Shown here: positions 57,928 through 64,000 of the stretch, piece after piece
Numbering within the stretch: position 1 is the stretch's first letter
Layout: each line of letters starts with the position of its first letter
Assembly (NCBI GenBank): GCA_965228735.1
Contig: OZ245838.1
Location: 6,304,001-6,368,000 of the forward strand
Length of the DNA stretch: 64,000 nt
Direction of reading: 5' to 3'
DNA from: Planctomycetota bacterium
GTDB lineage: Bacteria > Planctomycetota > UBA1135 > UBA2386
Program-made: the position numbers and the translations under genes
Notes under the pieces: model-generated
Database searches by the model: none
Told to the model about the DNA's origin: nothing
What the model saw: only the letters and a program-made list of their open reading frames with translations

Positions 57928-60159
57928 TCAGGAGACGGCTGCGCGCGTCGACTCGATGCACGCCATGAGCAGGGCGCGGAAACCGGCGGGCGTCGCGATC
58001 GTGCCGGTGGCGTGCACCGACTGGCCACCGATCGCGAGCGCTGCCGCGCCCTCGGGCAGCCGCTGGAACATGTCCTCGTCGGTGCGGTCATCACCCGCGC
58101 AGAGCACGAAGTCGTCGGGGCCGAGTTCCGCGCTGCGGGTCGCGACGTAGCTGCCCTTGTCGATGCCCTGGGCGCGCACCTCGATGACCGCGTGACCCGC
58201 GATCGCCTCGGCCGGCTCACTCGACAGCAGTTCACCGAGGTGATGGTGCAGTTCGCGCGCGCGCCACGGTCCGTAACCCGGATCCGCGATGCGGTAGTGC
58301 CACGCGAGGCCGCCCGGCTTCTTCTCGATGAACGAGCCGGGCAGGTCGTCGCTCGCGCGCTCGAACAGCTCGGTTACGAGTGGCAGCCAGCTCAGGTCCG
58401 CGGTGATCGGTTCGTCCCACTCGCCGCCGGGGCGCTTGTTGGCATAGCCGTGCTCCCCGCAGAGGTGGATCGGCAGGTGGCCGAGCCACGACTCGAGCGT
58501 CCGGCGCGGTCGGCCGCTCACGACGTGCACTTCGGTGTGTGGCAACGCCGCGAGGTCGGTCAGGATCTGCAGGATCTCGTCGGTCGGGTGCGCTTGCTCG
58601 GGCAGCTGCTGCAGCTCGCGGAGCGTGCCGTCGTAGTCGAGGAACAGCGCGCGGTGCGGGGCTCGGGCGAAGCTCTCGGCGATCTCCTGGCGCGCCGCGG
58701 CGTCGAGCCGGGTCGCGTCCGTGTCCGCGTTCTTCAACGCGGCCTTCGCGAGGCGGTCGAGGAACCGCAGGGACCACTTCGCGCTGTCGAGCTCGAGCAC
58801 GCGTTCGTGCATGCCCGCGATCCGGTCGTTGCGCTCGTCGGTCGGCATCCGCAGCGCGTCGGACAACGCTCGCGCGAGACCGTTCTGGTCCCACGGGTTC
58901 ACGAGGATCGCGCGGGTCAGCGACAGCGCGGCGCCCGCGAACTCGCTCAGCACGAGGATGCCCTTGGCTGCGCCGGTGCGCTCGATCTCCTGACCCTGGC
59001 AGAGCACGAACTCGTGGGCCACGAGGTTCATGCCGTCGCGCAGCGGCGCGACGAGGCACGCGTCCGCGAGCTGGTAGAGCGCCGACAGCTCCTGCGTGTC
59101 GATGCCGCGGTGCATGAACTCGAGCGGCATGCGGCCCGGCGCGCCGAAGCGACCGTTGATGCGGCCGACCTCGCGCTGGATCTCACGCAGCAGCGTGCGG
59201 TAGCTCTCGTTCTCCTCGCGCGAGGGCACGAGCACCTGCAGCATCACCGTGTCGTCGATGCGTTCGGGCTCCTGCTCGAGCAGCCGTTCGAACGCGCGCA
59301 GCTTGTGGACGATGCCCTTGGTGTAATCGAGTCGTTCGACCCCGAGCAAGAGCCGGCGGCCGCCCCAGTTCTGCGCGTAGCGCGCCCGATGGGTCTCGAC
59401 CTCGTCGGACTGCAGCGCCTCGAGGAAGTTCTGGACGTCGGGGCCGAGCGCGTTCACGCCGATCGTGACCGTGCGCGTGCCGATCTCGATCGTGTCCGGG
59501 CCGGCCTCGAGGCCGAGGACGCGCAGGCACGAGTTGCGGAAGTGGCGCAGATAGTCCGGCGTGTGGAAGCCGATGTAGTCGGCGCCGAGCATCCCGCGGA
59601 GCAACTCCTCGCGGGCGGGCACGAGGCGCCAGATCTCCGACGACGGGAACGGCACGTGCAGGAAGAACCCGATGTGCAGGTCCGGTCGCTCGGCCCGGAG
59701 CAGCTCGGGCACGAGCATCAGGTGGAAGTCGTGGATCCAGACCTTGTCGCCGGGCTGCGCGCGTTCGAGGATCGCGGCCGCGAACCGCTCGTTGACGCGG
59801 CGGTAGGCTGCCCAGGATTGCTCGGTCGCGTCGACCTTGCTCGGAAAATAGTGCAGCAGCGGCCAGAGCGTGCTGTTGCACATGCCGGCGTAGTAGTGCT
59901 TCTCTTCCTCGGCGGTGAGGAAGACCGGCACGAGCTTCTGCTCGGCGAGCTTGTTCGTGACCTCCTCGCGTCGGCTCTTGGGCACGGGCCCACCCGACCA
60001 GCCGATCCACTCGCGGATCGTCGTGACGGCGCGCAGGGCCGAGGCGAGGCCGCCGGCCGCCGGTGACATCGCGATGCCATCGCGCTCCAGGCGCACCCGC
60101 ACGGGCAGGCGGTTGCTCACGATCAGAACGTCGCTCGTCTTGGCTTCGCCTGGATCCAC
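57928..60159 (-). CDS. Bifunctional trehalose-6-phosphate synthase/phosphatase (OtsA-OtsB fusion)
   Basis: VSNRLP, GGL, LWPL.HY, WIHDFHL, GFFLH.PFP, RLDY.KG, DGMNLV, LSEFAGAA, then HAD domain LDYDGTL...GDDRTDEDMF. Confidence 0.93.
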   Translation of the reverse strand: MDPGEAKTSDVLIVSNRLPVRVRLERDGIAMSPAAGGLASALRAVTTIREWIGWSGGPVPKSRREEVTNKLAEQKLVPVFLTAEEEKHYYAGMCNSTLWPLLHYFPSKVDATEQSWAAYRRVNERFAAAILERAQPGDKVWIHDFHLMLVPELLRAERPDLHIGFFLHVPFPSSEIWRLVPAREELLRGMLGADYIGFHTPDYLRHFRNSCLRVLGLEAGPDTIEIGTRTVTIGVNALGPDVQNFLEALQSDEVETHRARYAQNWGGRRLLLGVERLDYTKGIVHKLRAFERLLEQEPERIDDTVMLQVLVPSREENESYRTLLREIQREVGRINGRFGAPGRMPLEFMHRGIDTQELSALYQLADACLVAPLRDGMNLVAHEFVLCQGQEIERTGAAKGILVLSEFAGAALSLTRAILVNPWDQNGLARALSDALRMPTDERNDRIAGMHERVLELDSAKWSLRFLDRLAKAALKNADTDATRLDAAARQEIAESFARAPHRALFLDYDGTLRELQQLPEQAHPTDEILQILTDLAALPHTEVHVVSGRPRRTLESWLGHLPIHLCGEHGYANKRPGGEWDEPITADLSWLPLVTELFERASDDLPGSFIEKKPGGLAWHYRIADPGYGPWRARELHHHLGELLSSEPAEAIAGHAVIEVRAQGIDKGSYVATRSAELGPDDFVLCAGDDRTDEDMFQRLPEGAAALAIGGQSVHATGTIATPAGFRALLMACIESTRAAVS

Positions 60160-60237
60160 GTTCGTCCGATACGTATGGGTTGTTAGCGTCCGGGGTGCAT
60201 CGCCAGTGTGGCGGTCCGTTCCGGACACCGAATCATC

Positions 60238-61998
60238 ATGGTTGCAGCTACCGGCCTCATCGGCAACTGTTCGTTCAATGCCCTGATCCAGGAGGGGCGG
60301 GTGGCCTGGCTGTGCTGGCCGCGACCCGACAGCAGTTTCGTGTTCGGCGAGCTGCTCGACCGCGAGCAGGCGGGGGTCTACGCGATCGAACCGGACGGCG
60401 AGTACACGACGACCGTCGAGTACGTCGAGAACACCAACATCCTGCGGACGGTGTTCCGGAGCAGCAGCGGCGCGTTCGAGGTGCTCGACTTCGCGCCGCG
60501 CTTTCCGCTGTTCAACCGCTGGTATCGCCCCAAGATGCTCGTGCGGATCGTGCGGCCGCTCGAGGGCGAGCCGACGATCCGCGTGCGCTGCGAGCCGGTG
60601 TACGACTACGGCCGGCAGCAGCCGCAGGTCTGGACGTCGAGCAACCACATCCAGTTCGGCGGTTTCCCGGCGCCGCTGCGGCTCACGACGAACGCGCCGC
60701 TGACCTACGTGCGGCGGGCGACGCCGTTCCTGCTCACGCGCGACCTGCACTTCGTGCTGACCTGGGGTGAGCCGCTCGAGGCGCCGCTCGAGGAGACCGC
60801 GGAGTCGTTCTACGTGCAGACTCGGGACGCCTGGCGCCGTTGGGTCAAGAGCGGCCGCATCCCGCGCGAGTGGCAGCCCGAGGTCATTCGTTCGGCGCTG
60901 GCGCTCAAGCTGCACCAGTTCGACGACACCGGGGCGCTGCTCGCCGCGACGACGACGAGCCTGCCCGAGTCCCCGGGTTCGGGCCGGACGTGGGACTACC
61001 GCTACTGCTGGATTCGCGACGCCTACTTCACGATCGACGCGTTCGAACGGCTCGGCTACGCGGAGGAGATGGAGAAGTTCCTGCTCTTCCTGCGCAACCT
61101 GTGCGGTGACGGGCACTGCGAGTTCCAGCCGGTCTACGCGATCGACCTCGAGGCCACGCTCGAGGAGCAGATCCTCGATCACCTGGAGGGCTTCCAGGGG
61201 GACGGCCCCGTGCGCATCGGCAACCAGGCGTACAGCCAGATCCAGCACGACGTCTACGGGGAGCTCATCCTGTCGATGAGCCGGCTGCTGCTGGATTCGC
61301 GCTTCCGCGGCGGCGAAGGCGTCGACGGCGCGGGTCACCTCGTCGAGGGGCTCGTGTCCCAGATCGAGGCCAAGCTCGAAGAGCCGGACGCCGGCCTGTG
61401 GGAGCTGCGCGGCAGCAAGTTCGTGCACACGTTCACGCTGCTCACGCACTGGGCCGGCGCGCGCCGCGCGGTCGACATCGCGCAGGTGCTGCGCGTGCCG
61501 GCGCTCGAGGCGCAGGCGCGCCGCGTCATGGCGCGGGCGTCGGACTACCTGTGGGAGAAGTGCTGGAACGACAAGATCGGCTCGTTCACGCAGGCGGCCG
61601 GGCGTGACAACCTCGACGCGTCGAGCCTGCTCGCGCTGCACTTCGGCTTCGTCCGCGGGGACGATCCGCGGGCCCGCCGCATGGTCGACGCGATCCAGAA
61701 GCAACTCGAACTGCCCAACGGCATGCTGCGGCGCTACGACGTCGAGGACGACTTCGGCGTGCCGGACGCGGCGTTCACGGTCTGCACGTTCTGGCTCGTC
61801 GACGCGCTCGCGATGGTCGGTCGGCAGGAGGACGCGCGCGCGCTGTTCGGTTCGGTGCTGTCGCACCACAACGGCCTCGGCCTGTTCGCCGAGGACCTCC
61901 TGACTGGCGACGGCGCGCAGAGCGGCAACTTCCCGCAGACCTACAGCCACGTCGGCCTGATCAACGCGGCGTTCCGGCTCAGTCGGTCTTGGGACTGA
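60238..61998 (+). CDS. Glycoside hydrolase family 15 (trehalase-like)
   Basis: LIGNC, W.C.PR.DS, AA.TTSLPE, WDYRYCWIRD, RIGN.A..Q.Q.DVYGE, GLWE.R, GLFAED, GNFPQTYSHVGLI. Confidence 0.93.
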   Translation: MVAATGLIGNCSFNALIQEGRVAWLCWPRPDSSFVFGELLDREQAGVYAIEPDGEYTTTVEYVENTNILRTVFRSSSGAFEVLDFAPRFPLFNRWYRPKMLVRIVRPLEGEPTIRVRCEPVYDYGRQQPQVWTSSNHIQFGGFPAPLRLTTNAPLTYVRRATPFLLTRDLHFVLTWGEPLEAPLEETAESFYVQTRDAWRRWVKSGRIPREWQPEVIRSALALKLHQFDDTGALLAATTTSLPESPGSGRTWDYRYCWIRDAYFTIDAFERLGYAEEMEKFLLFLRNLCGDGHCEFQPVYAIDLEATLEEQILDHLEGFQGDGPVRIGNQAYSQIQHDVYGELILSMSRLLLDSRFRGGEGVDGAGHLVEGLVSQIEAKLEEPDAGLWELRGSKFVHTFTLLTHWAGARRAVDIAQVLRVPALEAQARRVMARASDYLWEKCWNDKIGSFTQAAGRDNLDASSLLALHFGFVRGDDPRARRMVDAIQKQLELPNGMLRRYDVEDDFGVPDAAFTVCTFWLVDALAMVGRQEDARALFGSVLSHHNGLGLFAEDLLTGDGAQSGNFPQTYSHVGLINAAFRLSRSWD

Positions 61999-62033
61999 TC
62001 GGCCCGTCGCTTCTCAGCCGATCACGCCGTCTG

Positions 62034-62906
62034 CTATTCGCCGTCGCCGAGGCGGCGCGCGAGCTCGTCCAGGTCGCAGGCCGCGATCTCCGCCGCCGCC
62101 ACCGGACCGAGCAGCTCGAAGCGCTCCCGCTCGAGCGGCGTGCGGCAGTCGTCGCGGTCCGGCTCGTCGTCGCGGGGCTGCTTCCTGCTCGCGGGTTCGC
62201 CGAACGCCGCCGTCCAGTCGGCGGCTGGCTCGGCGTCCCAATTGTCGACCGAACCGTAGTCCGCGAACGAACGGTCCTCGACCGATCCGGTCGCATCCTC
62301 CCCGACCGGCGGGTTCTCGTGCAACGATCGCCAGGTCGCGCGGTCGCCGGGGCTGTCGAAGCCGTCGTCGAGGTCGTCGATCCCGAGGTCGTCGTTCTCC
62401 GTGCGGAACCCGGTGGCCGTGGGGCCGAGCGGTTCGGCTCCGACGCCGTCCTCGCGGCGCCCCCGACCGGCGCCGAGCTGCAGCCCGAACGGATCGAACC
62501 CGGACGGATCGCGCTCGCGACTCGGGTTGCCGCGGCTCTGGCCCCCTTCGAACGGATCCCGTCCGAACGGGTCGCCGCCGGCCGCGTCACGACCCCATAC
62601 CGGCTCGTGCGTCGTGCCGGCGAGCCGCGGTTCGAACAACTCGAACGGCTGGCGTAGCCGCGAGAAGCGCCCGGGGTCGGCGCGGCGCGCGTGCGCGAAC
62701 TCCCGGCGCCAGCCGGCGTAGTCGCCGTTGTCGTAGGCGATCCGGCCGAGGTGGATGTAGGCCGCGAAGTCGTCACCCTTGAGCCGCAGCACGCGTTCGT
62801 ACTGCCGCCTGGCGCGTTCGCGCAGCCCGAGCCGGAACGCCACCCAGCCGCACATGGCAGCGAGGCGCGCGGCCGCGGATCGGAGGAGCTGCTCGGCCGG
62901 AATCAT
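62034..62906 (-). CDS. TPR-containing protein with acidic disordered region
   Basis: N-terminal TPR-like helices (A...YERVL......AY..LG..AY..GDY..); D/E/G/P-rich middle. Confidence 0.65.
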   Translation of the reverse strand: MIPAEQLLRSAAARLAAMCGWVAFRLGLRERARRQYERVLRLKGDDFAAYIHLGRIAYDNGDYAGWRREFAHARRADPGRFSRLRQPFELFEPRLAGTTHEPVWGRDAAGGDPFGRDPFEGGQSRGNPSRERDPSGFDPFGLQLGAGRGRREDGVGAEPLGPTATGFRTENDDLGIDDLDDGFDSPGDRATWRSLHENPPVGEDATGSVEDRSFADYGSVDNWDAEPAADWTAAFGEPASRKQPRDDEPDRDDCRTPLERERFELLGPVAAAEIAACDLDELARRLGDGE

Positions 62907-63164
62907 CGGGGCCAGAGGGTACGGCGCGGAGTGACGGGGCACAAGCGGTCAAGGGTCCTCTGGGAGCGGCGTTCGTGGCGGCGTCCGCCCGATGGCGTGG
63001 CGGCTGTCGTTGCGCCGCGCAGGATTCGCCCGATCCACGGTCGTGACACCGGGTTCAGGCCGCCAGGACGCGGTGGGGGCAGGCTTTCCCTCAAATGCTC
63101 AGGGCGCCGGGGCCAAACGTCGATAGAGGGCACGATTCGGCATTGACCGAAGGACAGGAAGACC

Positions 63165-64000
63165 ATGGCACTCAGAGGGGATCTAGCAAGCGTCGATCTG
63201 GCACAGGTGTTCCAGATGCTGGCCATGAATCAAAAGGTCGGCCTTCTGAGCATCCAGTCCAAGCGGCTGTGGAAGGTGCTGCACTTCGATCAGCGCGGCG
63301 TCACCATGCATCACAACGAGCATGCCGTGATGGACCGCGTCGTGGCCGGGTTCGTCCGGCTCGGCCGCCTGCGCGAGGACGCGCTCGAAGAGGTGCAGGA
63401 TCATGCGGCGCGCATGGGGCAGCCGCTCGTCGACAGCCTGCTGGCCGGCGGTTATCTCGACGCGGCCGAACTCGAGGAGCGTTATCGCTTCGAGCTCGAG
63501 GAAGAGCTCTACGACCTGTTCTTCTGCCGCGATGCGCGCTTCGAGTTCCACGAGAACGCGGCGACGCTCGAGGGCTTCGACGGCAAGACCGACGACCGCT
63601 TCCTGTTCAACTGCGACAGCATCGTCATGGAGGCCGCGCGCCGCATCGACGAGTGGGCCTACATCGTCGAACGTGTGCCGGCGGACGACGAGGTCTACCT
63701 GGCCCAGGTCGACTCGATCGCGACCGACGAGATCGGTGACGACGGGGCCGCGGTGTTCGAGCTGCTCGATGGTCGGCGCACGATCGCGCGGCTCATCGAG
63801 CTCACGGGCCAGTCGCGCTTCCAGGTCTTCAAGACGCTGAGCATCCTGCTCGACTCGGGCGCGATCGCGCCGGCCCACGAGGACGACCTCGTCGACTTCG
63901 GTGTCGAGTGCCTCGAGGAGGGCCGGCTCGAGGAGGCGGCCAGCCTGTTCGAGCGTGCCGCTGCCCTCGGCGTCGGGCTGCCGGACGTCCACGGGCTGGC
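63165..64000 (+). CDS. DUF4388 (PATAN-like) domain protein, runs off the window end
   Basis: MAL.GDL....LA.VFQ.L....K.G.L.I, LF...DA.FEF, MEAARR.DEW; TPR-like continuation. Confidence 0.82.
   Translation, partial: MALRGDLASVDLAQVFQMLAMNQKVGLLSIQSKRLWKVLHFDQRGVTMHHNEHAVMDRVVAGFVRLGRLREDALEEVQDHAARMGQPLVDSLLAGGYLDAAELEERYRFELEEELYDLFFCRDARFEFHENAATLEGFDGKTDDRFLFNCDSIVMEAARRIDEWAYIVERVPADDEVYLAQVDSIATDEIGDDGAAVFELLDGRRTIARLIELTGQSRFQVFKTLSILLDSGAIAPAHEDDLVDFGVECLEEGRLEEAASLFERAAALGVGLPDVHGL

Noticed and set aside
57928..61950. 1340-aa ORF suggesting a giant OtsAB fusion
   Set aside because: The N-terminal ~600 aa is the antisense of the GH15 gene; the real start is near 60159. The 46381-49785, 39974-42640 and 16269-19778 ORFs are over-extended in the same way.

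Overview
This is a high-GC bacterial chromosome segment, most likely from a Planctomycetota genome. That assignment is inferred from the ECF sigma/Ser-Thr kinase pairs, the DUF6677- and YdjY-like proteins, mcsA-mcsB-clpC without ctsR, and a planctomycete-type integrase remnant. Housekeeping content: dprA, clpC/mcsB/mcsA, murD, three tRNAs (Ser-GCT, Ser-TGA, Arg-TCT), fabD-lpxK-lpxL, a GT9 heptosyltransferase and an LPS kinase, gcvT/gcvH/lipoate ligase, an NhaP-type antiporter, a fused trehalose-6-P synthase/phosphatase and a GH15 hydrolase. The strongest unexplained signal is a ~130-aa C-terminal domain shared by seven otherwise unrelated Sec-exported proteins (PKD, Kelch, propeller-like and MauG-type di-heme passengers). 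All seven are predicted to mature with an N-terminal Gln. The domain has a co-varying Cys pair, and in one protein it is split around an inserted passenger. This is a candidate undescribed surface-display or sorting system, and four of the seven genes flank two ECF/kinase modules. Other highlights: Tyr-ligated (MauG-type) tandem di-heme enzymes, a bacterial Tsr3/DTW-like protein, decayed islets at two tRNA 3' ends containing pseudogene fragments that the ORF track does not call as such, and a candidate structured RNA. All family assignments come from motif recognition by eye; no database searches were run.
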